A stretch of DNA of 64,000 nt from the human T2T-CHM13v2.0 reference genome, Homo sapiens. The notes beneath the pieces are model-generated. The model was not told the origin of the DNA and made no database searches. It worked only from the letters and a program-made list of their open reading frames with translations. Made by a program: the position numbers and the translations under genes. This document shows, in pieces, positions 24,847-50,788 of this stretch. Numbering within the stretch: the first letter of the stretch is position 1; each line of letters begins with the position of its first letter. The stretch lies in the NCBI RefSeq assembly GCF_009914755.1, contig NC_060925.1; one strand, 5' to 3'.

Positions 24847-25172
24847 TGAAAATAGGGTCATTGCTGATGTAATTAGCTAAAACGGGGTCATTAGGGTTGG
24901 CCCTAATCCAGTATGACTGGTGTCTTCATAAAAGGGGGAAATTTGGACAGAGACAGGCACGCGTGCAGGGAGAACGCCATATGAAGATGAAGGCAGAGGC
25001 CCGGGTGATGCTTCTACAAGCCAAGGAGCACCAAAGGTTGCCAGAAGCTAGGAGAGCCTGGAACCGAGTCAATGTTGCCAACACCTTGATCTTGGACTTT
25101 GAGCCTCCAGAACTAAGAGTTGTGCAAGCCCCCAAGTTTGTGGTACTTTGTTAGGTACTAGCAAACCCATAC
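24847..25172 (+). mobile_element. MLT1 (MaLR) LTR, preceded by a 5'-truncated Alu at 24580-24845
   Basis: ggccctaatccagtatgactggtgtc...gccaacaccttgatcttggactt...gcctccagaact...gtggtactttgtta...aca. Confidence 0.88.
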
Positions 25173-25363
25173 ACTGTGATAGGAGAAGGAAGCCTTGTGT
25201 GAGTTTGATACTGACTGGGAGGTTAGGAAGGCTTCCTAGAGGAGGAGAAGCTGAGCTGGGGGTTTCAAGGATGGGTAGTTTATCAGGCAAGAACATTCCA
25301 GGCAGAGTGAAGAACACACGCAAACCCCAGGAGGCACAGTGTACATCAGAGACTCTTCCTTGA

Positions 25364-25962
<599 letters not shown>

Positions 25963-26104
25963 CCTCCTTGAACCTTTCTTTGATTTTCCCTACTGCCTGC
26001 CCTGCCCAAACATCTGAGACCTGGAAACTCCTTTGCTCGAAGATAACAGAAAAATTATTTTTACCAGGAGGCCTCTTGGACCCAGGTGGTGATGTGCATC
26101 ATTC

Positions 26105-26123
26105 TCACCAGCAGGGGGTGCTC
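26105..26123 (+). promoter_or_regulatory. Candidate CTCF site TCACCAGCAGGGGGTGCTC ~200 bp past the ECE1 poly(A) site
   Basis: One C>T away from CCAGCAGGGGGCGCT. Motif only. Confidence 0.5.
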
Positions 26124-26315
26124 ACACACTTGTAGGTGAAGGAAGGGTGGCTGGGGGCACAGGTACTGAGCAACCTTCTGGCATTTGTCAGGGTCCAAGA
26201 CCCCTGCTCTCAGGGACAGATGCGCCCAGCCCTGGAGAAGCTAGGGTGGACAGCCCTGTGCCGGCCTCAAAGGACACACAGCACCTTGGGAGGACAGACA
26301 CCCAGACACATGGCC

Positions 26316-29227
<2,912 letters not shown>

Positions 29228-29279
29228 TCACTGTGGGGCCCTCGGGCTGCCAGACTGCCCCCATTATAACAGCAGGGGA

Positions 29280-30537
<1,258 letters not shown>

Positions 30538-30668
30538 GGTCATCTTAAGTTTAAGAAACCTCTAGAACCCTAGAACCAGAAGGGCCCTGGGTGATCACCT
30601 CGTCTTCTCATTCACCAGATCCAGGAATCCCTTCACTGGTGCTTTGGGCCCTTCCGTGCATCTCTCTA

Positions 30669-30980
<312 letters not shown>

Positions 30981-31506
30981 TCAGGGAGCTCCCCCGTGTT
31001 GGGGCAAGGACTAGTTTCTGGGGATCTGGGCCTGGGCTCAGCCTAGGGGAGCCCTCTTCTTGATGTGCACTCGTTTAGCCCTATGGCTTAAAATACCTTC
31101 TACGCACTGATGGCTCTCACATTTACACCTTCTGCTCCAGCCTCTTCCCTGATGTGTATATTCAACTGTGCCAGCTGGACAGCCAAGATGCATCTCAAAC
31201 TTAACATGGTATAAACAGAGCCACATCGTGTGTGTGCATGCACACACACACACATACACACAACTTTTCCCATCATAGTCAATGGTACCACCATCCATCA
31301 TCCCAGGCCCCAAACCCAGAACGCTTCTTCAATTCTTCTCTTTCTCTCAGATCAAACACTGACCACTGCTCCGCTCCCCCTTCCCATTGCTCTACCCTGT
31401 CTCTTGCCTGGACAACCTCACAACAGCTTTCTAATCAGTCTTCTGACTCAGGCTGATTCAATTCCATTCCCCTCCTGGCAAAGCAACTTCAGTGAACCTT
31501 AGGAAG

Positions 31507-32766
<1,260 letters not shown>

Positions 32767-32769
32767 TGA

Positions 32770-33009
<240 letters not shown>

Positions 33010-34252
33010 TAAAACCCTATATTGTGTCTCTCTATCATAACCAGGACAAAACCAAAGGTCCTTCCTTAGCCGCAGCCGACAGAAGCCTGGAGTGGTCTGG
33101 TCCCCGCATTCCCTACACTCTGCCCTGCCCTTCTTCCCATCCTTGGACGTGCCAGGCTTGTGTCTAGTTCGTGGCCTCTGCACTTGCTCTTCCTCTTGCT
33201 GAGACCATTTTCCCCAGCTTTTCCCAGGCTCTTCCTCATCATTTAGGTCTCTATGCAAATGTCATAACCCCAGAGAAGGCCTGCCGTGGCCAGCGTCCTC
33301 CCCATTATTCCTTTTACCCCCCGTTATTCCTCATTACTTCGCCCCAGTTTATATTCGTCACCTTTTCAATAGCTGACATTATCTTACAGATTTATGATGT
33401 ATTTATTTGCCTTTCTTCCCCTTCCAGCCTCCACTAAGAGTATAAGCTTTTAGAGAGCAGGATGAGCTTCAAACACAGCCCCTGCTAGGTAGATTCTCAA
33501 TACCTTTCATTGACTCGTGGACTTTAAGCAACCTATCCAAGGTTTCTGGGCTCAGTGTGCTTATCTGCAAAACGGGGATTATAATACCTAATTGTAAAGC
33601 TGCTGGGAATACTCCAAGCCTGGCACTTAAGAAGGCCTCAATAAATGACAGCTCTATGGATTTCTGCTCTTACTGCCGTGGTTGGGAGGAAGCCCTGTCT
33701 TAATCTCTCTGACAGACACCTACTGTTTTTCTCTCGTGGCCTCTGTTACTAACTCTCCCATCTGACTCCGCGAGCATCTCTGAGTGTCTCTCTGGGTCAG
33801 CCCGTGTCTAAATCATCTTGTTTTATCTTCCCAACAACCCAATAATGCAGGTAGTAGCTAATCAGAGCCAAGTCAAGTGAGGCTCAAGGAGGTTCTGTGA
33901 CTTACTCCAGAACTGGGACTTGAACCCAGAACTGGCTCCACGACCAGTGCTCCTTGCCCTGGCTGCTTAGTCCTCAGGGGCCTCCCAGACCCACAGCTGG
34001 CTGACTTGGTGGTAGCTTCCCCTGCAGAGGTGAGAACAGGCAGGCTCTTCAGGCGGATGAAGCCCGAGCCCCTTCCTGTGTCTTTGTCAGGCCAGACTCA
34101 GAGCACAAAGCCTTCTGGTGCCAAGCCCTGTGGTGGGGGAGCCTCCACGGTCGGCATCGCGATTGGTCCTCGCCACCCCCAATTTCGCAGAAGAGGAAAC
34201 GGAAGCTCGCACGGCTGCTGCGCCTGCCCTGGTTGTCCGTGATGATCCTCTA

Positions 34253-34513
<261 letters not shown>

Positions 34514-35635
34514 TCAGAGGGAGGCGTCATGTCAAGGGAGGGAGGGGCACAGCAGGGACCTGCTGCTCCTCCCTGCTCCTGGTGAGAAGCGGTTCATCCG
34601 TCCACCCCCGTCCTCCAGCCACCATGGGGAGACGAGGTCCCTGTGAGTGCCGAGGGACGTGGATGTGGTGGCCAGTCAGAGGCGGGAGAGGATGAAGGAG
34701 AGAAATCGGGAAAAGCTCCAGCGTGGCCCGAGGCTCAGTGGGGCTTGCTTTGTTTTCTTTCTTTTTTTTTTTTTTTTGAGACAGTCTCACTCTGCCACTC
34801 AGGCTGGAGTGCAGTGGCGCAATCTCAGCTCACTGCAACCTTTGCCTCCTGGGTTCAAGGAATTCTTGTGCTCAGCCTCTGGAGTAGCTGGGATTACAGG
34901 CACATGCCGCCATGCCTAGCTGATTTCTGTTTTTTTTTTTAGTAGAGATGGGGTCTCACCATGTTGGCCAGGCTGGTCTTGAACTCCTGACCTCAAGTGA
35001 TCTGCCCACCTCAGCCTCCCAAAGTGCTGGGATTACAGGTGTGCGTCACCGTGCCTGGCTTATTTTCAACACTGGCTAAGGGCCCCTGACCCTGAGTAAC
35101 AGATGCCTAGGAAGAGGCAGATGGAGCCAGCTGACCTAGGATCACAAGACAGGCCCAGGCCACCCAGGTCTCTGCTTCTTCCATCTCCGCCCGGGAGTGC
35201 CCAAGGAAGGAGGCAATGAGGAGGATTTTGGACATTAGTTGGAGAGGAGGGACTGATTCAACGCCCCCTGACTGCAGTTGGACTGGAGAAGTCTCTGGAG
35301 TGGTGGAGGAATGTCCACTCTCTGCTAAACCTAATAGGAACCCCAAGAGCGGGACAACTTCCACGAGCAGGGCACCTCACTACACACTTCACACAGTCCT
35401 CCCAATCACCACGGGAGGGTGGAACCATCACGCTCCTTTTACAGACAAGACATGGGGGCCTGGAGAAATGACAGCGCTTGCTAAACTTCATATAATCGGC
35501 AGGTGGCAGAGCAAGGATTTGAACCCAGATCCTTCTGCCTCCAAAGCTAAGACCCTTAGAAGTGAAGGATGCAGAAAGCAGAGGCAGTGGGGCCTGGAAG
35601 ATGATTGGCCCAGTCTAAAGGGGACCAAGGAACCT

Positions 35636-36342
<707 letters not shown>

Positions 36343-36995
36343 TCACTCTTGCTCAGGTATGTGACCCTCACTTCCTGGGCTTAGAGATATAGCAAAATTC
36401 CACAGGGCTCTGTGTGGATAAGGGTGTGGTCATGGCCTGAGTCTCCAGCAAGGCCCCTGAAGCCAGAGGGAGGCTGGGCACAGTCTGTGTGGTCAGCTGT
36501 GCCTACTGGGCACCATGCGCTGTGCTAGATGCTCTACAGACCTAACTGTCCTCTTCAGTCATTGCGAAAGCGTTAGCAATGGTCGCCATTGACCAGCTCT
36601 ATTTATGAGTAGACCAAGGCTGGGAATGGGTCAATTGCTTTGCCCAAGGACCACACAATCATCCAATAGCAGACCTGGGATTCAAACTGAGACAGCAGCC
36701 TTAACCCTCCCCACTCCCCAGCTCTGACTGTGTTATAACATTGTCAGAGGGGCGTTTCCCTGAGGTAGGGCTCTTGATTCCATGAGATGCTCCCAATACC
36801 CCACTGTGCAGGGCTTCCAGATCTCACTGGAGGGAAGGAAAGTGGGTGAGGATGTTGCTTCCTCTGCAACATCTCTGACATCTGCAACCTGGAGCACTGG
36901 GGCAAAGATCACATGGTGAGACTGGCTTAGGTCGTATGGGCCCCAGGGCTGGGCTGGGGGAAAAGAATTGGGGTAGGGGCCCCAGAGGCAGCCTA

Positions 36996-37355
<360 letters not shown>

Positions 37356-37490
37356 CTAAGCCTCAAGCCATCCTCCTGCCTCGGACTCCCAAAGTGCTGG
37401 AATTACAGGCGTGAGCCACTGTGCCTGGGTGCAGGACTGCTTTTTAGGAGAAAACTAGAAAACACCTGACTGTCTATAAATAAGGAATCA

Positions 37491-37850
<360 letters not shown>

Positions 37851-38268
37851 TCAAAAAAAAAAGAAAAAAGAAAAGAAAAAGATTTTGAAAAGTCACCACT
37901 GAAGAGTATCTTTTTTTTTTTTTTTGAGACGGAGTCTCACTCTGTCACCCAGGCTGGAGTGCAGTGGTGCGACTGCGGCTCACTGCAGCCTCCGCCCCCC
38001 GGGGTTCACGCCATTCTCCTGCCTCAGCCTCCCGTGTAGCTGGGACTACAGGCGCCCACCACCTTGCCCGGCTGATTTTTTGTATTTTTAGTAGAGATGG
38101 GGTTTCACCGTGTTAGCCAGGATGGTCTCGATCTCCTGACCTCGTGATCCGCCTGCCTCGGCCTCCCAAAGTGTTGGGATTACAGGCATGAGCCACTGCG
38201 CCGTCATAATGATTAATTTCATTACATCTCAACCCCTGAATACAAGACTTTTTTTTTTTTCTTTTTAA

Positions 38269-38400
<132 letters not shown>

Positions 38401-38514
38401 TGACCATGCCTGGCTAATTTTTTTTTTTTTAATGTTACAGAGGTGGAGTAACATTAAATCCACATATAAAGCATTCTGCTTCTTTCCTGGAACCCTGTTG
38501 GTACTTTTAGGATG

Positions 38515-40250
38515 ACTGGTAAACTATGGAATTTCAGACGTGGACATCTGGCAGACATTTTCTTTAAAATGAATAAAGTGAGCTTATCACCTCAAGGAAA
38601 ACAACTCAAGCCATCTGTTGCCAATGATAAAAATATGAGATTTAAAAAAATGTTGAAGTTTCAGGCTAAAATTAAAATTTTGAAAAACTTATATTGGCCA
38701 CCACAAGTTTGACACCTTACCAATAATAATGGAAGGTTTTTCTCAGGAGGTCAGCAGTGATATTAACAAATGTGGATTTTTTTGCTATTGTATATTGGAA
38801 GTATAACCATTTGGAAGATCTGTAAGACTCAGTGAACCATTGTTTTCCAAATGACTAAGACATGATGTTACAAAATCACGCCTGGGTAAAAGATCCATTC
38901 AAAGTGCAGGACAGACCAATGGAATTTAGTGTAACAGAGTATGAAAGTTCATGAAGGCTGGGCATGGTGGCTCATGCCTGTAATCCTAGCACCTTGGGAG
39001 GCCGAGGTGGGAGGACTGCTTGAGCCCAAGAGTTTGAGACCAGCCTGGGCAAAAAAAAATTACAAAAATTCCGGCCCCGGTGACATGGTGAAACCTGTCT
39101 CTACAAAAAATACAAACATTAGCCAGGTGTGGTGGTGTGCACCTGTAGTCCCAGCTACTCAGGTGGCTGAGGTGGGAGGATCACCTGAGCCTGGGAAAGT
39201 TGAGGCTGCAGTGAGCTGAGATTATGCCACTGCACTCTGGCCTGGGTGATACAGTGAAAAAAAGAAAAAAGAAAAAAATAAAGTTCATGGATGTGGTTTC
39301 AGATTCCATAGTGCAATTAACCTTTAAAAAATTATCACTTTTCGAGTTTTGGTGTAGTATCAGAAGAACGTGCACAAGTACCAGAAAAGACTATTAAAAT
39401 ATCCCTCATCCCTCCCTTTCCCAACTAAATTCCTATGTGAGGCAAGAATTCTCTTTTTTTTGAAACAAAGTCTTGTTCTGTCACCCAGGCTGGAGGGCAA
39501 TTGGGGTGCAGTGGCGTGATCTTGGCTCACTGCAACCTCTGCCTCCAGGGTTCAAGCAATTCTCTGCCTCAGCCACCTGAGTAGCTGGGATTACAAGCAC
39601 CCGCCACCACGTCTGGCTAATTTTTTGTATTTTTAGTAGAGATGGGGTTTCACCATCTTGGCAATGCTTGTCTTGAACTCCTGACCTCGTGATCCACCCG
39701 CCTCAGCCTCCCAAAGTGCTGGGATTACAGGCGTGAGCCACCACGCCTGGCCAAGAATTCTTTCTATATATAAAAACAACATATGGTAACAGATTGACTG
39801 CAGAATCAGATATGAGAATCCAGTTGTCTTTGATTAAGCCAGACATAAAGAAATTTGCAAAAAGTAAAACGATACCTCTCTTCTCATTAATTTTTTGAAA
39901 ATAGTTATTTTCCATAAAATTTAAAAAAAATCAGGGCCAGTGCAGTGGCAATGGCACCATCTTGGATCACCCGCAACGTCTGCTTCCCGGGTTCAAGCGA
40001 TTCTCCTGCCTCAGCCTCCTGAGTAACTGGGATTACAGGCATGTGCCACCATGCCTGGCTAATTTTGTATGTTTAGTAGAGATGGGGTTTCTCCATGTTG
40101 GTCAGGCTGGTCTTGAACTCCCGACCTCAGGTGATCCACCCGCCTTGGCCTCCCAAAGTGCTGGGATTACAGACGTGAGCCACCGCGCCCAGCAATAATT
40201 TTTTTGAGTGTAGAAGGATCCCAAGACCAAAAAAGGTTTTGAAAGTAATG
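38515..40250 (+). mobile_element. Charlie1-family hAT transposon 3' part (transposase remnant), interrupted by three Alus
   Basis: ORF 38512..38712 GHLADIFFKMNKVSLSPQGKQL...VANDK resembles hAT-Charlie transposase; terminal-like text at ~40200-40250. Confidence 0.8.
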
Positions 40251-40358
40251 GTATATAGTCATGAGGTATTTGGCATTTCAATGACTTCTCTGGTACAGAG
40301 GGGAAGGGTGAGTGAGGAGTGCAGTGAGATGGGTACCACATTTCCTCTAAGAGCCTAG

Positions 40359-42045
<1,687 letters not shown>

Positions 42046-42623
42046 AGGAAGCTGTATCTTTGAAAAAGTTCCCCAGAGGACTCTGATGTGCAGTGAGCTT
42101 TGGGAAGCACAGCTGTCAAGCCCATCCAGAACCTTCCCCAGGCCTCTGTGGGCTCCCTGTCCTGAGATCCCACCATTCGTGGTAGTGAGGAACAATGGGA
42201 AAGCTGCTCTTGCTGGGGCCTCCTTGGGGTCTGGCGCTCCCCAGAGGTCCTCACATTTGACTGCCATGAGGACCCAAGAACCAGCTCCTCCCATCCTATT
42301 CTGCGGAAAATGAAATGAAGGCTCCAAATCCCAAAGCAGTGGAGCGGAGACAAGGTGCCAGATCGGCTCCGCTCCAGAGGCCAGGCTCACCCTGCCAACA
42401 GGCTGGGCAGGCTCAAGCCCATCCCAGCTCCTAGCTGGGCCATACTTCTTTTGCCCTTGGTTTCTTCATCTGAAAAGTGGGATAACAAGGGCATCCACTC
42501 TTCAGACGGCTCTCGTGATAGCTGATCGGGTGCACAGTGAGGGTGCAATGAAGGCCAGTTCGTCCCAAGGCTTGCCCACAGGTGGGGAGCTGGCACCTTG
42601 CCGGCAGGGCCTGGGGGAACTCA

Positions 42624-42728
<105 letters not shown>

Positions 42729-42967
42729 CTAGAAAAGAAGAAGTGGAGTCAATCACAGTGTGCCCTCGGTGGTGTGCATCTTCCAAGACAGGAAGCCAAG
42801 GGCTGTCATGGTTAAGAGATTAATCTGCAGGCTGGAGACCGGAATGCAGGGCTTGGGGCTGCAGGGTCAGCTCTTCTCTTGGCCTTCACCCTGGGGCACG
42901 AGATGGAATGACACCGTTGCAGGATGTGCCTACAGCAGTGCCTGGGCCCAGGCAAGAAATATCTCCC

Positions 42968-43465
42968 ATGTTGTCCAATAGAACCTCCTGCGATGATGGA
43001 TGTTCTGTGCTCTATGCCTGCGCTGTCCAGTATGGCAGACTACTAAGCATTTCTTTCTTTCTTTTTTTTTTGAGACGGGAATCTTGATCTATCATCCAGG
43101 CTGGAGTGCAATGGCACGATCTTGGCTCACTGCAACCTCCACCTCCTGGTTTAAGTGATTCTCGTGCCTCAGCCTCCCAGAGTAGCTGGGATTACAGGCG
43201 CATGCCACCAAGCCCAGCTAATTTTTGTATTTTTAGTAAAGACGGGGTTTCACCACATTGGCCAGGCTGGTTTCAAACTCCTGACCTCAGGTGATCAGCC
43301 CACCTTGGCATCCCAAAGTGCTGGGATTACAGGCGTGAGCCACCACGCCCGGCCACTAATAAGCATTTCAAATGTGGCAAGTGTGGCTTTTAAATTTAAT
43401 TTAAACTAATTTAAGTTTTAATTATTTAAATAGCCACCTGTGGCTAGTAGCTACCATACTAGATC
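42968..43465 (+). mobile_element. MER3-like hAT element split by an antisense Alu (43050-43353)
   Basis: tgtccaatagaacc...gcgctgtccagtatgg...taaatagccacctgtggctagtagctaccatact. Confidence 0.8.
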
Positions 43466-44916
43466 TCATAAGTAAAGTAGAAATCTATCTGAACTGTCAA
43501 GGGCATCACTGTACACCCTTTTCACTACTCGGCCCAGCTTTCTAGCTTTTTTTCTGCTTTTTTGAGACAGGGTCTTGCTCTGTCGCCCACGCTGGAGTGC
43601 AGTGGTGCAATCACAGCTTGCTGCAGCCTTGTCTTCTTGAGCATAAGTGATCTTCCCATCTCAGCCTCCCATGTAGCTGGGACTATAGGCACATGCCAAC
43701 ATGCCCAGCTAATCTTTACATTTTTTGTAGAGATGAGGTCTCACTATGTTGCCCGGGCTGGTCTTAAACTCCTGAGCTCAATCAATCCCCCCACCTCAGC
43801 CACCCAAAGTGTTGGCATTACAAGCATGAGCCACTGCGCCTGGCTCAGCTCTTGACAGGTGCAAAATTCTCCCTGGTTCTGGTGAAACGCTGGAGCCTCA
43901 GGGACAGGACATGGATCCTGGGCTCTGCCCAGGATGCCTCCAGAGGCCCAAGGATCTTGCGTCATGACACTCTGGAGCATCTTAAATGATTCTCAAGGAA
44001 AAGGCAGCAGAATGAGTCTCATGATCTCAGAATGAGTCTTTATAGTCTTAGGTTCTAAATATAACCATGACGAGAGGTTATTAGATTTTTAAATGCCTGA
44101 ATTCAGGCTGGGCATGGTGGCTCATGAATATGAGCCAGCCTGGGAGGCGGAGGTTGCAGTGAGCTGAGATAGCACCACTACACTCCAGTCTGGGCAACAG
44201 AATGAGACCCTGTCTCAAAAAAAATTTTTTCTTAAATACCTGAATTCAAGTATTTCAATCACAAGAAGATATAAAACTTCATAATTTGAGGCAGAAGCAC
44301 AATCCACCTAACTGAGTGATTTGCCAAAAGTTCTAATAAGCAGGGATGTATCAACCACCTCCATTGCCCAAACCAAGCTTAAAAATGCACCTGGATTTAA
44401 GCTGCTTCTTTCCCATTAGCATTTCAAAGTCAAAATCAGAGGTCCGGGTTTCTGGGGAGGTGGAGGAGGGCCGCAGGGACAGGAGGTAACTGGAAGCACG
44501 ACCAGGGAGGGAGGAGGTGGTGTGGGGGTTTTCCCACTTCATACCCCACCCCTGATGTCTGAGGGCCACCAATTCTCTCTGCACCTTCTGGGGTCTGTTT
44601 CCTCCATTATTTCCCACATATTAAATGGAGCTGACCACTTCCAGGGGGCACACAGCACGGGTTCTGTACTGACTGGTGGGCACTGCTGATGGATGGTGGC
44701 TATGGGGAGGCAGGGCCTCCAGCTGACCCAGGAGCCAAATTAAGAAGAAGAAGAGGCTTCCTCATGCCTGACCCATACCCAAGCCCCACACCACATCATC
44801 CCTGTGTGTTTTGACAACCATGCTGCCTCTAGCACCCCATCTGGACCCAGCCCTGCCTCGGCCCTTTTCTAAGGGGGCATTTAGGAACGCAAGGGGGCAG
44901 GGCAGCAGCTACTCAC

Positions 44917-44994
44917 GTCATTAAACACTTTGTCCAGCTCCTTGGGATCCATGATGAAGTTGGGGTATCCTATCATGTTGTAGATGGCATCGGC
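44917..44994 (-). CDS. ECE1: ECE1 coding exon 13 (78 nt): [26 protein letters not shown]
   Basis: Acceptor gtccag|GCC, donor GAC|gtgagt; IGYP motif. Confidence 0.97.
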
Positions 44995-45435
44995 CTGGAC
45001 AGGACAGACAGAGGAAGTGAGTGCCCGGCAACATCGACCAGGCCAGCCTGAGCAACTTGGGTGCTGGGCTCATAGTCTGGGCCAAGGGGAACCAGAGCCA
45101 GGCCCTGCCTGCCTTGGGCTTTCATGTCTTTTTCTGGAAAGGTTTCCCCCTTGCAAAACTTCTACTTATCCCTTAGGTCTCTGTTTAAATGTCACTTTCC
45201 CAAGGGAAGTCTTCCCTGACTCCCATCCCACTGGAGGGTGCCAGAGCCTTCCCGACCCACGGGACGTGCTGCGTTTTCCTGCACCTTTTCCCCGTACACT
45301 CAGCGAGGTTTGTCTTCTACAGACATCCAAGCAATCATGTGCTTGAGGCCTACCCCGAATCCTGCTAGGCCTAGACCGCTCACCCGCTGAAGGCGAGACA
45401 GCATCCAGGCTGTGCTGCCGGACAGAACTGGCCTC

Positions 45436-45926
<491 letters not shown>

Positions 45927-47083
45927 TCACAGCAGTAAGGTCTGCGCACTGGTCTCAGGTAAATGCAACAGGCACCCCGTGCAGAACAATGATGGCCAGA
46001 GATTAAACTCAATTTTCCAAGCGTCAGGCTGGGTGAGAAGGGGAGCCACAGCTGTGCTTCCAAACCACGCTCCTAACGTGAACACCCTGCAAGACAGGAC
46101 TGGCCTTCCACACACAGGGCTCCATGCTCCAATAAGCTTAGGATGAGCTTCGGGAAAGTTGGAAAAGTCTCTGCTGTGGTACTTTTCAGAGCCTTTAATA
46201 TGGTAATAATAGGCACCGTGATTCTTCCAGAGAGGGGAGAAGACACAGCCTCTCCCAGCCTTATTGCCTTATTGGACCACAGCATTCCTTTTTGATGGAG
46301 CGGGCTTTAAGATCTAGAGTACTCATGTTCCGAGGAGCAGCTTCGGAAATACCATGCTCAGGCTGGATATAGACAGGTGTTCTTGAGGGAGACAATGTCA
46401 TGAGCAGACAAGCTCGAAGATGGAAAGTTGAAGGTTCTAGAGAAGGGGAAGGCAGAGCTGTGCGGCAACAAGAGCAGAGGGGCCAGCAGACCCCAACTCA
46501 GACCCTGCCCAGCTGCTCACAGGCCAGTCACTGTAATGGATTTGAATTGCGGTTGGCTCACCTCCGGCTGCAGATGACAGCTACATAATGAATACTATTT
46601 GTCATCAAGATTGTAACAATAAAATGACCACTCCCATTAGCTGAACCCTTATTGTATGCCGGTGCCCAGTGTGTGGCATCTCATTTAATCTCTCTCTGTG
46701 GGAGGAATGCCCCCGTCTCCACATTGCAGATGATGTAAGAACTGTCCCAGGCCACCCGACCAGCGGTGAGGCCAGGATCTGAGCTTAGGCCGGGCTGTCT
46801 CCAAGGCGCTCTGCCATGGCACTCCTCTGCCTGTCTAGAACAAACCTGTCACCCACAAAATAAGAAAAATGTCACCCTCTGGGCCAGAGCTGTTCTGCCA
46901 ACATTCTCTCTGGGTCGTTCACAGCCCTTGGAGGTGGGGATGGCTGTCACAGCCTTGCAGGCTGCTGGGAGGATCACATGAGCTCGTGCAGATAAGGGCC
47001 TGGCACTGAAGAGCTGCCCTCGTGAGACTCCCATTACCCAGGGCTCGAGGAAGTGAAGCCTCTGCATTGAGGCTGTGGCCCTA

Positions 47084-47446
<363 letters not shown>

Positions 47447-47875
47447 TTATTTTAGTCACCGGACCAAGAGGCCACTGATACCCTCACTCCCACCCCCTGC
47501 CATTTCCTGAATGCCAGGCTCTGTGCTGGGACTTCACAAATAGTGTCCCGTTGAGCCATTCAATGACCCTCGGGGCTTACAAGCCGTTTGACTGATGGGG
47601 AAACACACTCGGCACGGAGCAGCTGCTGGCCCAGGGTGCCCCACGAGTGACAAGTGTTGTTGGAATGAGAACTGAGACGTGCCTGACTCCACATCCTATG
47701 CTCCTACCTACCCCCATCTCGTCCTGCCTCCTGGGAAGAGCAGGAGTCCTGGAGGCAAAGAGCGGTGGAGAGTGACTGGTCTACCCTGAGTCACAGAAAA
47801 AACTGCCCCAGGGCCAGGGCTCCAATGCCATTGAAGATCTCCTCAAATGAGAACACCACAGCAACACCGCAGGAC

Positions 47876-50788
<2,913 letters not shown>

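Noticed and set aside
38512-38712. Coding transposase-derived gene
   Set aside because: A short degenerate Charlie1 remnant broken by stops and Alus.
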